Origin: Octopus vulgaris
Taxonomy: Eukaryota
NCBI GenBank assembly: GCA_951406725.2
Contig: OX597815.1
Span: 206,956,001-207,020,000 of the forward strand
Reading direction: 5' to 3'
DNA length: 64,000 nt
The notes beneath the pieces are model-generated. The model saw only the letters and a program-made list of their open reading frames with translations, was not told the origin of the DNA and made no database searches. Numbering within the stretch: position 1 is the stretch's first letter; each line of letters begins with the position of its first letter. Position numbers and translations under genes: made by a program. Shown here in pieces: positions 26,160-39,920 of this stretch.

Positions 26160-26761
26160 CTATAACAATCAAACTTATCGAGAAAGTATGAAACCTTTGT
26201 CGCCCAAAACCAAACATCCTAACTATTAGAAGTACTTTTCTCACTCCAGTGAACCTTAATAATACGAGATTCTGAGTTAAACATTTTAATTTATGTGATA
26301 AATTAATTACCAATTACGATCTAATTTCACCGGCTTTTTCTAAATATATTCGCTTAAAATATCAAAAATTGGAAGTTAATATAGATAAGCTTTGATTAAA
26401 ATATTTTCCCTGTTTTAACATTTTCACTTCGTGCTTCAAATTTCCTTTCGGGCAAAGTTTTAGAAATTAGAAGTAAAGTATCATACGCCATCGAAAAGCT
26501 GCAGTCTTCCTCTTCATCTTCATGATGCCTGACTTCGCCTTAGTCATGCATGCATTAAACAGCATTTTAAAAACTTAATATTGCATCATGTGAAAATATA
26601 AGTTGTGCTAAGTCATAATATTTGGAAATGTGGCACAGATTCAGATTCATCAAAAATTTTAATAATTGAGCTTATCCTACATAAAGTAGCGACATATCTG
26701 CAGTTCTCAACTGTTTAATTGGTGCTTCGACAGTCTTCATCTGTCTCTCTCTCTCTACAAA

Positions 26762-27172
26762 CAGGAGTGGCTGTGTGGTAAGTAGCTTGCTAACCAACCA
26801 CATGGTTCCGGGTTCAGTCCCACTGCGTGGCATCTTGGGCAAGTGTCTTCTGCTATAGCCCCGGGCCGACCAATGCCTTGTGAGTGGATTTGGTAGACGG
26901 AAACTGAAAGAAGCCTGTCGTATATATGTATATATATATAAGTGTGTGTGTATATGTTTGTGTGTCTGTGTTTGTCCCCCTAGCATTGCTTGACAACCGA
27001 TGCTGGTGTGTTTACCTCCCCGTTACTTAGCGGTTCGTCAAAACAGACTGATAGAATAAGTACTGGGCTTACAAAGAATAAGTCCCGGGGTCGATTTGCT
27101 CGACTAAAGGCGGTGCTCCAGCATGGCCGCAGTCAAATGACTGAAACAAGTAAAAGAGAGAAAAAAGAGAGT
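26762..27172 (+). mobile_element. SINE type B
   Basis: Family similarity. Confidence 0.9.
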
Positions 27173-27400
27173 ATATGTGTGTGTGTGTATACATACATAT
27201 ACTTATGAAGAAAGAGGACAACAAAAACCAAGGCAGGATGAGTATTTCAAGTCAATTAAAATATTTAATTAGATTAAGGTGAATTTTAAGTAATTAATTA
27301 ATTAAATTATTGGATGTCTTGCAGCAGTTTCTGGGGTACCCAAGTGATAGGTTAGCATCTCTGTACACTGGTCCGTACTTCCTCGTATCTGCGCGCGCGT

Positions 27401-27475
<75 letters not shown>

Positions 27476-28169
27476 TACACACACATACATATTATTGAGA
27501 AATATTGCAGAAAGATAATTAAGTACTTAATAATCATTGGAATGAAAAATAATTAACCCCTCAATAGTTAAAGATTGGAAGTTTTATAATTTCAAAGTAA
27601 TGTTAGCAAACATCTATTTAGAAGTAATTAGCAGATTTCGCATGATTTAGGGAAAACTTGCTGCAGGAAAAATGGCTAAAAATGTATCACAGAAGGTGGT
27701 TATTAAATTTTACTGTAACCATCAGAGAAGGAGAACCATGGAAGTTATTCACAGCTAAATGCATCTGTAACTATAAATATGCTAATATAAACCAAGTGCA
27801 GTTAACTGCATGTGTATCGTTTCGTATGATTAAAATGAGAAGCAAAACATGTATTAATAAGTAACATATTTTTTAATGCAGACAGTGTCAATTATAAAGG
27901 GATATTTATAGTAGAGGACATGTCACCATACCCTTTAACCGAGAAAACGAGGTAGCCCCTTACGTGGACAGTGCAAGTGTTAGAAATAGTAGTCAAATCT
28001 GCTTCAAATCATTCACATCATCAAAAGAGGGAAACAGATTAGACAATGTAATGTGGGGTATACAAAAAGAACTGAAGATTATCACAACTGTTTTTGACAA
28101 TAGACCGGTTTCATCAGGGTGACTCAGTACTAAACTAGGGTAAAGGGTAACCCCTCCCACCTTCTTTCG

Positions 28170-28482
28170 GTCACGTATGACCATGGAATTATACCTAGAA
28201 AGTTCCCTTCCAGGGTACAAGTCTTTGTGGGAGACCAGAAATCACCAATGCATACTAGTCACCCGTCTCCATGCCATCAATGATGTCCAAGTGAAAGGCT
28301 AAGGCTGATACATCTTGGCACCAGTGACATCGCAACTCATTTCTTCAGCTGAGTGAACAGGAGCAACGTGAAATAAAATGCCTTGCTCAAGGACACGATT
28401 CACAGCAGCCCGGTCCACGAATCAACTCGTAACCACACGATTGTAAGCCTGATACCGTAACCGCTGAGCCATACGCCTTCAC
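28170..28482 (-). mobile_element. SINE type D, decayed
   Basis: Reverse complement of 3084-3400. Confidence 0.75.
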
Positions 28483-28793
28483 TTACTAAACTAGAATAGC
28501 ATATAGATAAGAAAACTGCTTTTGATTACTTTCTCATTTTTGTTTTATGTAATTAGGCCGCTTCTTACGTATTAAGATGAAGAGTCAATACTAGGAACGT
28601 CCAATCTAGCATGGAATTGATTAACGGTATATTTCTGCTATGCATTTGTCGATTCGCAAAACATATCTCATCTAATAGAGTGAAAAGCTATTCCATTGCA
28701 TCACCGTTCCTAATGAGCATGGAGAAGTAATTAAGCAGAGAAAAAAAAGATACAATAACTTCTTTCAATGAATAGAAATACAACACACTTTAC

Positions 28794-28844
28794 CTGTATC
28801 TACGAAAACACTGGTCATAAAAAAAATCAACATTGTCGTAATCT
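28794..28844 (-). CDS. Candidate 51-nt exon 3 of an unidentified host gene
   Basis: Acceptor ttgtttatcctcag, donor CAG|GTAAAG, phase 2-2, DYDNVDFFYDQCFRRY. Confidence 0.45.
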
Positions 28845-29134
28845 CTGAGGATAAACAACTATATGTTATACAGTGTGTATATGTCTCTGGAGTACTCAAC
28901 CGCTTGCATGCTAATTCGATTTCTGCTGTTAAATTGATTGAACAACTAAACATTATTAGTTTGAAATTCCGACACACTTATTGGTTGAAAGAAGAGATGA
29001 AACAGAACTCAGTACATGACGATATTATATATGTTTTTTTAATAAGCAGAAATTTACAAATGTAACTCAAGGCTTAGACTTTCGTATATATCCCTCATCA
29101 AATAATATACATACATACATAGATATACATCCAT

Positions 29135-29202
<68 letters not shown>

Positions 29203-29208
<6 letters not shown>

Positions 29209-29360
29209 CGGAATGGTCATATTGCCAGTTTAGCCAAATAAATATATAGTGCGTGTGTTTTCATTGGCTAAACTGGCAATATGACCATTCCGAAATATAA
29301 CAATATCTGTTTCAACACACGACTTCACGTAAAAAATCTTGCACAACAAATATTTAAACG
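29203..29360. mobile_element. Fold-back fragment of the Naiad-type pLTR end
   Basis: 29203-29237 is inverted at 29263-29298; the sequence matches 20520-20635. Confidence 0.8.
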
Positions 29361-29379
29361 TACTATATATATATATATA

Positions 29380-30413
29380 TATATGAGTTAGAGGTTAGAT
29401 AACCATCTAAGGGATAACAAGTATCCAATATACTACTGGACGTATACCTATGTATATCCAAATGCTTACTGTTGTAAGGCAATAGTGCAATTGAATAATA
29501 GGTATGTGTGTATAGAGGTAAAGAAAAATTTAGCCAGAATTTATAAGGCAAGGAAGAAATTGGAGAAGATAATTAATTGACAAACATCAACTAGATTTAT
29601 TTATTAATTACAATCATATGAATAAATACATAAATAAGAATAAATGAGTGAATATAACTCTACTCTTACAGCCGTTTCTACTTTGGGGGGTCCAGCATGC
29701 CAAAGTTGACGCACCATTCCCGGATTATACAAAGATTGTACAAAAATTGAACAAAAACTGAACTCCAAATCTTTATCAGAGAGTTCATAATGGCAAGAAT
29801 TAAACAAGTAAAAAAGTATAATAAAATAATAAAAAATAGTATAAAATAGTAAAGTAGTAAATTCCAAAATGATATCTACAGGTTGTGAGATCACATCTTA
29901 TTTCAATCTAATGGAGGATATAGTAGAGGTAAAACGTTTTGGGTGGGGTTAATGGGATGATCCATATAACAGGGGTCATTAGTTAGAAACTAAAATCTAT
30001 GCAATAGAATAGCAATAAAATTTAGTTTATGTAAACATATTTGGGGAAATCAATACGTAGTTATATCAATGAAGAAATAATTTGGGTGTAATTTAAGTGT
30101 GATGTTATTCTTTATTAACAAAGCGTTTCATCATAATACCCCTATGATGATCAGGGTACGACCAATGTCAATCCTATAACTTAATTGGTCAGCTCATATT
30201 TAAAACCAATAGCGTTATTTGGGTCCGTTAAATCTATCAATAAAATACAAAACAAATTTAAGAATACCGGTGTAAGAGTAGAGTTATATTCACTCATTCT
30301 TATTTATATATCTATCTATTCATATGATCGTAATTAATAAATAGATCTAGCTGATGGTTGTAAGCTGTTGCTTGTCAGTTTGTCAATAATTATCTTCTCC
30401 ATTTTCTTCCTTG

Positions 30414-30420
<7 letters not shown>
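29380..30420 (-). mobile_element. Another PLE pLTR-type remnant with inverted terminal segment
   Basis: 29543-29670 inverted at 30271-30420; contains hammerhead-like motifs. Confidence 0.65.
29662..29784 (-). ncRNA. Hammerhead-like fold with extended stem II and degenerate core
   Basis: ACUCU-CUGAUAA-...UUUGG...CCAAA..-GAAAC-GGCU-GUA|AGAGU. Confidence 0.45.
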
Positions 30421-30453
<33 letters not shown>

Positions 30454-30459
<6 letters not shown>

Positions 30460-30790
30460 ATATTTCGGAATGGTCATTTTGCCAGTTTAGCCAATAAAAA
30501 CACACGCACTATATATTTAGTGTTATTTTGCTTCAGTGTTATTTATTTTTTTACATTAACCTTAATCTTATTTCGGCCAGAGTTCTTTCGTCACACTCCT
30601 GTGACCGCATCAGTGGTCCTTTGTTTTCTTCTTTCTTATTTGTGTCTCTCCTTACTAACCGTCAGCCATTTTGTATTTCTATTGTATGTCTTCTTTTGCG
30701 CATGCTTATATCTCTATGTGCGTCTATGTTTATTTAGTGTGTGTGGGATGATGCCTGTAATATTTGTATCTTCTCTTTATATACGTTTTT
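30454..30790 (-). mobile_element. Solo Naiad-type pLTR
   Basis: Near-identical to 20574-20900, including the hammerhead motif at 30575-30619. Confidence 0.85.
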
Positions 30791-30994
30791 ATATATATAT
30801 GTTGAAGTACTCAATACAACTATGGATTCCAATAGTTTATTTAGTTTGTTTTGGGCTCAACCAGTGGCATGTTATTCCCTAATTTACTCGACATAAATGA
30901 CAACCTATTGTCTTGACTGGCGAACCAATTATACATCGAGGAAAGTTTAGAAATGGCCACGGGATCGGTCTTTATTTGTCTGTCATTCTCCACA

Positions 30995-31087
<93 letters not shown>

Positions 31088-31573
31088 TATGTTGATATCA
31101 AAACGTTTTGGACTCCAATAAAGACTAACAAAATTTGAGAAAATATAGTCAGATATATTTTATGCGGGTTAATTATTTATAATGTTTTAACCCAATTTTC
31201 ATTTTATAAAGTTGTATAAATTTGACTTAGTCTCAAGTGTTTTTTGCAGACAATTATTTTATTTTTACAGTAGTTTTGTGTTCGATATGGTTTTACTCTG
31301 GTTTTTACTAATGCGTAATCTAAATAATTGTTGTTGTCTGATGTAGTTATCTTTACAACTTTAAATTTTATTATTCTTATCACCGTTGTTCTATTCATAG
31401 TTGAATATGGGCAAATTCTTGTTATTAAATATTTTACGCTATCATTGTGAAAGTAGCATAATGTATTGTTTTTTTTTTAAATCATCCATGCATGTAAAAA
31501 CGGCTGTAGAGGAATAGCAAGAAAATAACAATATAAATCTTTGAGACAGAAACAAGTTTTAACATATATATAC

Positions 31574-31658
<85 letters not shown>

Positions 31659-32259
31659 AACAGAAACTTGAATACGGCTATTATTTTTGAAGAAATATCT
31701 ATAGTTTAAACACTATACTTTTATCTGAAAATTTATCATGTGCATATGATAAAAGTTCAAAGACTTTATCTTTGATTTCCACTTCTGTTCTTACATGAAT
31801 TAAAACGGAGTTTGTAGAAGATACAATGACTTTTGTTTTCGTCTAAATATTAGGTAAAATTATCTTGTTTCTAATGTTAGTGGCATTACAAAAAGCAGGC
31901 ATAAACTCCTAGCAACCAAAGATTACGCTGTGGTTTCAAACCTCGACTGAAGCAATCGCCCTCTTTTATGCTGACGGTGCTTTGGAAAAGACATGAACGT
32001 TGTACACAACAAAGAGATCAGCAAATTGACCTTCACAAAATAGCATCAACTGAATAGAATATAATTCATATAAATGAATAAATCATATACCATGAATTTC
32101 TTGTCGGAGAGAGACGGGGGGAGAGAAAAGGATCTTGAATTTGCCGTCAGTCATCTGTCTATTTCGTCAGTCATCTGTCTATTTGTGGAGTTACTTTGCA
32201 TCAAGTTTAGGAGACCCTCACCTATGAGCACGAACAATAAAAGCATTATTTTTACTCAC

Positions 32260-32352
32260 AGCTCTCTTTTGCGGCCACCGGTATTTCTGAACGACGACTC
32301 TTCACCTATTCTACCTGTACCCCGGGATTTATCAATAGAATCAACCGATGTG
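32260..32352 (-). CDS. Candidate 93-nt exon 2 of an unidentified host gene
   Basis: Donor CT|GTGAGT, phase 2-2, TSVDSIDKSRGTGRIGEESSFRNTGGRKRE(L); acceptor weak. Confidence 0.45.
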
Positions 32353-32609
32353 CTAATCTCTTTAATGTATACATTAAGATATGAATGTAGATACTTGTCG
32401 GTTTTAATGCTTATGTATGAGGTTATGGATGTATATGTGCAATACATAATATTAAAATATGATCAGTTGAAATAAGAGGAAATCAATAGAGTGACATTAA
32501 AACGAAAGAAATATACCACGGCTTTTTTTAAAAAAGAAAAGATTTAGCTTTTGATATATTACGAATTTATGAAACAAAATTCATATTTGATACAAAATAT
32601 CACTTTATA

Positions 32610-32796
32610 GACGCAGGTATGGGCTGCGTGGTTAAGAAGCTTACTTTGCAAGTATGCGGTTTCAGGTACAGACACACTGTGCGGCACTTTGAGCAAGTGT
32701 CCTCTATAGCCTCAGATCGACAAATATACTTTGTGCATGAATTTTGGTAAATGGAAACTATGTGAAAGTCTGTCATGTGTGTGTGTGCGTGTGTAT

Positions 32797-32828
<32 letters not shown>

Positions 32829-33010
32829 ACGTGTATGAATGTATGTATGTGTGTGTCTCTGTTCTTATATGTGTCCCCTTCTCACCGCTGATAACCGGTA
32901 TTATTTCGTCTACCTCCTTGTGACTTTGCTGTCACTTTGATAGAAAAAGTATCAAACTTACAAAAAATAACATGACTGGCGTTTATTTGTCTGATTAAAC
33001 CTTTCAGGGC
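32610..33010 (+). mobile_element. Old decayed SINE type B
   Basis: Family similarity. Confidence 0.65.
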
Positions 33011-33227
33011 GGTGACGAAATCCAGCTTAAGATCTCTGAAGGGAATTATGCAAGTAGAAGAAATATAGATTATTCAAATCGCAAGCATAAGCAATAAATT
33101 AAAGACTCCAAACTGGAGTATTTATTACATGATACCACTCTACAGTTTCGGATAACGTTGTGACACATACTTAAAAAACTATTCTTAAAAGTATGATAAA
33201 TTATACTTCTTATTTCTGCATACTTAC

Positions 33228-33361
33228 CACCCTGGCATGAGTTTAGCTAGATTCTTCACTCGTATATCATGTGAAATTTCGCTTCCCGTTCCACCATAGT
33301 GATCTACGCAAAAAGCATGATTCAACCTATAGTAACCTCTATCGTGAATACAACCTTTTAT
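33228..33361 (-). CDS. Candidate exon 1 (most upstream seen) of an unidentified host gene
   Basis: Single open frame IKGCIHDRGYYRLNHAFCVDHYGGTGSEISHDIRVKNLAKLMPG, donor TG|GTAAGT; alternative acceptor at 33326. Confidence 0.5.
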
Positions 33362-33417
33362 CTGTTATTTATCTAAGTCACTGGACTGCATCCTGAAGTG
33401 TTAATCAGACAAATAAT

Positions 33418-33654
33418 TACCTATTTCTTTACTACCCACAAGGGGCTAAACACAGAGAGGATAAACAAGGACAGACAAACGGATTAAGTCGATTATATCG
33501 ACCCCAGTGCGTAACTGGTACTTATTTAATCGACCCCAAAAGGATGAAAGGCAAAGTTGACCTCGGCGGAATTTGAACCCAGAACGTAGCGGCAGACGAA
33601 ATACCGCTAAGCATTTCGCCCGGCGTGCTAACATTTCTGCCAGCTCGTCGCCTT
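33418..33654 (-). mobile_element. Meta-domain SINE, full length
   Basis: Family similarity. Confidence 0.9.
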
Positions 33655-33822
33655 ACTTTAACTACATGCTGCTGGCGTGTAAGGTACAAATAAATACCAG
33701 TCGAGGGTGAATTATCCGTATTCATTGATCCTGAATAGACATAGCTTCGTAGTGACGGTAAGCTTTTGCTTTTTTTTTTTTTATCAAAATACATCTCATA
33801 ATCTTGAAAAATACTTATATAT

Positions 33823-34231
33823 AGGCGTAGGAGTGGCTGTGTCGTAAGTAGATTGCTTACGAACCACATGGTTCCGGGTTCAGTCCCACTGCGTGGCACC
33901 TTGGGCAAGTGTCTTCTACTATAGCCTCGAGTCAACCAAAGCCTTGTGAGTGGATTTGGTAGACGGAAACTGAAAGAAGCCCGTCGTATATGTGTATAAA
34001 TATATGTGTGTGTATGTGTTTGTTTGTGTGTCTCTGTTTGTCACCCCAACATCGCTTGACAATCAATGCTGGTGTGTTTACATCCCCGTAACTTAGCGGT
34101 TCGGCAAAAGAGTACGATAGAATAAGTACTGGGCTTACAAAGAATAAGTCTTGGGTCGATCTGGTCGACTAAAGGCGGTGCTCCAGCATGGCCACAGTCA
34201 AATGACTGAAACAGGTAAAAGAGTGAAAGAG
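33823..34231 (+). mobile_element. SINE type B, full length
   Basis: Family similarity. Confidence 0.9.
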
Positions 34232-34517
34232 CCCGCTACTTAACCGGTAATAAGTTCCACTTAATGATGTTGTGTGTGTGTGTGTGTGTGTGTGTTTCTT
34301 TGTAAAACGCGCTCACACACACACAGTTTTCTGAATAAGAGACAATGAAGGAATACATTAACGTATATTATTTTAGCGGCTACGGATGTATTAAACCCTA
34401 ACATCAACGCCACAACTGTACATATAAGAAAATTGCTACATATACACGCATAACGTCACAAAGATGAAGAGGAATTATGGTGACACAACGATGATGCGTT
34501 TCTCATGAATATAAATT

Positions 34518-34958
34518 GGTTTCAAATTCTGGCAGAAGGCCTGCAATTTCGCGGGTATGGCGCTAGTCGTTCAAACTGGTACTTATTTCATCGACGCTGA
34601 AAGGCAAAGTCGACCTCGGCAGAATTTCAACTCAAAATGTAAAGCCGGGTAAAGTGCAGCTAAGAATCTTGCCCGGCAGGCTAACGATTTTGTGTCAGTT
34701 CGCTGCATTATCTCAGGAAAATAAATTAGTGGATTAAAATTTTGACACAAGGCCAGCAATTTTTTTTTTTTTGGTGGGAGATCGGTAGTCGATTAAATCG
34801 ACGACAGTGTTCAACTGGTATTTATTGTAAATAAACCCGAAATAATGAAAGGCAAAGTTTGACTTTGGCGGAATTTGAACTTAGAATGTAAAGACGGACA
34901 AAATGTCGCTAAGCATTTTGCTCGGCATTGCTAAGTATTCTGAAAACCAGCTGCCACA
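34518..34958 (-). mobile_element. Two decayed Meta-domain SINEs separated and flanked by the same 17-bp target sequence
   Basis: tctcatgaatataaatt at 34501, 34711 (variant) and 34959. Confidence 0.75.
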
Positions 34959-35480
34959 TCTCATGAATATAAATTCTTATGGAAAGCGTATTTGACTGGA
35001 AACATAAATTAAACCGGGCTCCCTGGAATTTTATTTCAAATGATACGGCATTCAGCATTTAGGGAAAGAGTATATCTTGGTCATACGTACCGTTTGGCAC
35101 TGATAAATATAATATTCGACAATCTCACACTCTCCTGCAATTCTCTCTCTCACTTCTCCCTCACTCTCTTTTTTACTCCTATCATAACTAAATGTCTGTC
35201 TGTCTGTCTGTCTATGTGACTGCCTGTCTGTCTGTCTCTGTGGCTGCCAGTCTGTCTTTGATCTTTCTGTACCCTTTCTCAAAACTTTAATAACAAATTT
35301 ATGTTCAGTCCAATTCATTTTCCACTTCAGATCACGCCTGTGACAGTGTTTGTGTGTGTTTGTGCATATGTGTGCGTGTGAGTAATGTCGTGTCTGTAAT
35401 TCCATAGTGACAGTGATTCCAAAGTTTCGCCAGTGTTAAGGAAAATATTAACCGCTCCAGTCTAGTCAGTCGCCTGACTG

Positions 35481-35541
<61 letters not shown>

Positions 35542-35600
35542 CATACACATACACACAAATACATACACATATATATATATATACATACACATACATACAA

Positions 35601-35631
<31 letters not shown>

Positions 35632-36324
35632 CACACACACATATATACATATACACATACATACATATACATGTATATATACACATACTGTACATGCATA
35701 CATATATGTGTGTGTATATATATACACACACACCTTAAACTTACATACGCAAATATGCACATACATACATGCGTGCATATACACATGTGTATGTATGTGT
35801 ATGTGTGTGTGTGTGTGTATTGTTCCCTCCTGTGTGCCATTTGTCAGCACAAATTAAATATTGTCTGGGAACCAAAATTCTTAGCATGGAAAGAAAGAAG
35901 GAAAGGAAGAAGAGGAGAGGAGAACGAGAAAGAGAGAGAGAGAGAGAGAAGGAGAGAGAGAGAGAGAGAAAGAGAGGGAGAGAGATAGAGAGAGAAAAGA
36001 GAGAGAGAGATGACGACGCCAACGCCGATGAGTAAAAGAAATATGGAGCAGACGAGAGAGATACGACAGATAACGAGAAATAGAGAGACATATTTATGAG
36101 TTCAATGAAGTCTTTTTACGATGGTGACGGCGGTGTTGGTGGGGTTGACGTAATGAGTAAAAGATTCTGTTTCGTATTATAAGACTGGAGGAGGCCTTCA
36201 TTACAGAGTCTTTAATTTCAGGCCGTATATAATCCCTAGCTGTTGCTGCTGTTGTTGTAGTTGTTGCTGCTGATTTTAATATTGCTTTTATTGCGGCTGC
36301 TGATGATGCTGCTGTTGGTGTTGA

Positions 36325-36690
36325 GCGAACGTTCTTCGGCCCAGAGCTCGCAAGATGGGAGAAGTCCGAAACGTGGTCCTTTTGCTATTCGTAAGACCCG
36401 CAGAAGAGAGAGAGCAGGTCAACCCCCGACACCGAGAGCATCGACAGATGGATGAATGCGCATCTAGGCTCAGCGGTTGCGTAGGAAGTCGGGGACAAGA
36501 AACAGGACGAAAGAGTGAGAGAAAGTTGGGGCGAAAGGGTACAACAGGGGTCACACCCCCTGCAGGAGCCTCGTCGAGCTTTTAGGTGTTTCCGCTCAAT
36601 AAACACACAAAACGCCCGGTCTGGGAATCGAAACTGCGATCCTCCGAACGCGAGTCCGTTGCCCTAACCACTGGGCCATTGCGCCTCCAC
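36325..36690 (-). mobile_element. tRNA-derived SINE type C head with an alternative 3' tail
   Basis: Head gtggaggcgcaatggcccagtggttaggg...gtttcgattccc, same as the 50771 copy. Confidence 0.85.
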
Positions 36691-36804
36691 TGCTGCTACT
36701 GCTTCTGCTCTCGTTAGCATCAAACACATTTTTCCGAAAGGCTTTTTAGCCTTGACAATAACACCTATTTTATAGATGTGTAGGATCGAATTGTCAAAAG
36801 TACC

Positions 36805-37036
36805 TGTTTCTTTACTACCCACAAGGGGCTAAACACAGAGAGGACAAACAAGGACAGACAAACGGGTCAAGTCGATAATTCGACCCCAGTGCGTAACTGG
36901 TACTTATTTAATCGACCCCGAAAGGATGAAAGGCAAAGTCAACCTCGGCTGAATTTGAACTCAGAACGTAGCGGCAGACGAAATACCGCTCAGCATTTCG
37001 CCCGGCGTGCTACCGATTCAGCCAGCTCTCCGCCTT
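36805..37036 (-). mobile_element. Meta-domain SINE with 18-bp TSD
   Basis: TSD cgaattgtcaaaagtacc at 36787 and 37042. Confidence 0.92.
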
Positions 37037-37500
37037 TTCAGCGAATTGTCAAAAGTACCATGAACTTACACAACAGGATATGGTCCGATTTGAGGGAAAT
37101 TTTGTAGTTATTTCTAGCAGGCCGAGCGACAAATAATGACACCCTCGATATGTTAATGATACGAGATTGTGAAGATATAAAATTTTAGGGGCGTTAACGT
37201 AATTTTCACGTCAGATCGTATCACCTTTCGAGTTCATGACTTGCAGTTTGTGGGATTTGTAAGATTGCTGATTTTCCCTAAGGGTCAAGATCTTGTTAAG
37301 ATTCCACTCGTTTCTCTCCACGCCTTTTTACGTTTCTACAACTTTTCTCTCTCACTCTCTCTTATTGGGAACTTGAGCATTTTGCATTTCATTCGGGAGC
37401 TCCATTAAAGATTTCTCACTCTCTATGCGTGTGCGTGTCTATTTATTTAGGTATAATGTATGTCTTTCTCTTTCTTTCTCGCTGTGTCTGTATGTCTGTT

Positions 37501-38170
<670 letters not shown>

Positions 38171-38449
38171 TGATACATAAGTAGAAAGTCAGATAGATTC
38201 TTCACATTCTTTACACGTTTATTTTATTTATTTTTTTTGTTGCCGTTTTCAGTTATCAGACTCTCGCCATATTTGAGCACCTCCAGTAGGGATTTAGTCG
38301 ATTATATCAGCACCATTTCAAGTTCTTATTTTTCAGTTTGTTGCTCATGTTATCGACGTGAATTTGTGGAATTGCTGAAGTAAGCGATATAACAGAACAC
38401 TAACATAAACTATACTAGTTTAAACCATACATTTCGTGCTATATTTTAG

Positions 38450-39920
38450 AAAGTCAAGCCGTAGTTGCAGACGATACTTTAAGTTCGGTTGTTATAGTTA
38501 ACTGGATAGTTAATCTCCGACATTGAAATTTTAGCCACCTTAAATAATCTCAATCAACTTGTAATACGCATTGAACTCCACAAGCATTAACATGACACAG
38601 GCTTCACATCTCCCAGAAATTAATTGACTTAAAACCTTTTACTATTCGAGACCTGTGTCTAGTATGATTTATACTGTTTGTTCTTGCATCAATTCTGGAA
38701 TTAGTATTATTTTAGTAATGAATTCCGGAAACGTTTATGTTGGTCTACAGGAGCTGCTATATCTTCGCTTCACCTTTAAGAATTAGACTTGTATTATTTC
38801 CTGCTAGTTTGTCGTTCATCATTTTTTCTACATAGATCCAAGCTTGATGCTGCAGTTTCATAAGAAATTGCTATTGTCGGCCCATCAAAGCCAATGGTTT
38901 AAGTCGTTTTCCCCTTCCGATATGTCATGAAGCTCATGTATTTTGAATATACTTTTAAAACTGTTTTAAAAGTTGCAACTATTTTCCGTTTCCAGCAAAT
39001 TCGTTTTATTCTAGATTATATAGAAGCATTTTTATAGGTCTGCAGCCAATTGTATCAAGACGGAGACACAAATCATCATTACTAAATTCAAAGATATTTC
39101 ATACGATGTTTATGGAAGACTATTTCTGATAAACAGTTCTTTAGACCTGACTAGCAATTTCTGATTCTTTATTCTTAAATCGTTACTTTTGGTCATTAGA
39201 AGTATTCAGTGGAAAGTATTAATTACAATTCTAAATTCCTGATATGAACATTTCTATGCTTCAGTTTCTTTAGACCATGCATGCACTGTGGGGTGTAATT
39301 CTGGTTTTATCTTGGAACATATCGGATATCTTATCACAGCATTCTTCTAATATAAACAATGTACTTCTTATATAAATATCATATTTTTAATATCAACTGA
39401 TTCCTCGTCGGCATTGAGCCATAGCTTAAATTCATAGCATACATCCATAGATCCATAGAGCCATAGATCCATAGCATAGAATTTAAACCATTAATGTCCT
39501 TAAAGAGACTGACGTAACACAATTTTCCACCATTACGAAAAGCACTATCTTAAAATCTTACTATATTTTTCAATACCTAAAGTAATCTTTCAACACCAAA
39601 AACAATTGCACCAATTCTTGTTAACAATATGTTTTAATATACCAGATAAAAGTAATAATGTTAGCAGTCTCTAAATTCATATTTTCATGTTATAGTGATA
39701 ACAACTTCTATTTGGTCAACAAAAGCAATTATTCGTTATGAATACCAAAGTCCGAACCGAATTTATTAATAAATCGAAATCACTATAATACTCCAATATT
39801 CGCATGTGAGACCCAGTATTTAATAATCCAATGCTCTCATTTTGAGATTCCCCCTTAAAAGCCATCGAGATATTAGTTTCAGTAAACCATAATTTTACCA
39901 AGAAACATTTTGATCTAAGA
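38450..39920 (-). pseudogene. Fossil hAT (ZMYM1/DUF4371-like) transposase
   Basis: ORF 39716-39901 AFKGESQNESIGLLNTGSHMRILEYYSDFDLL resembles the hAT 'AFRG..E...N.GNF..LL...FD..L' motif; the remainder is heavily decayed. Confidence 0.5.

Noticed and set aside
28100-28125. CTGATGAAAC as a hammerhead
   Set aside because: No stem II or stem I pairing could be built
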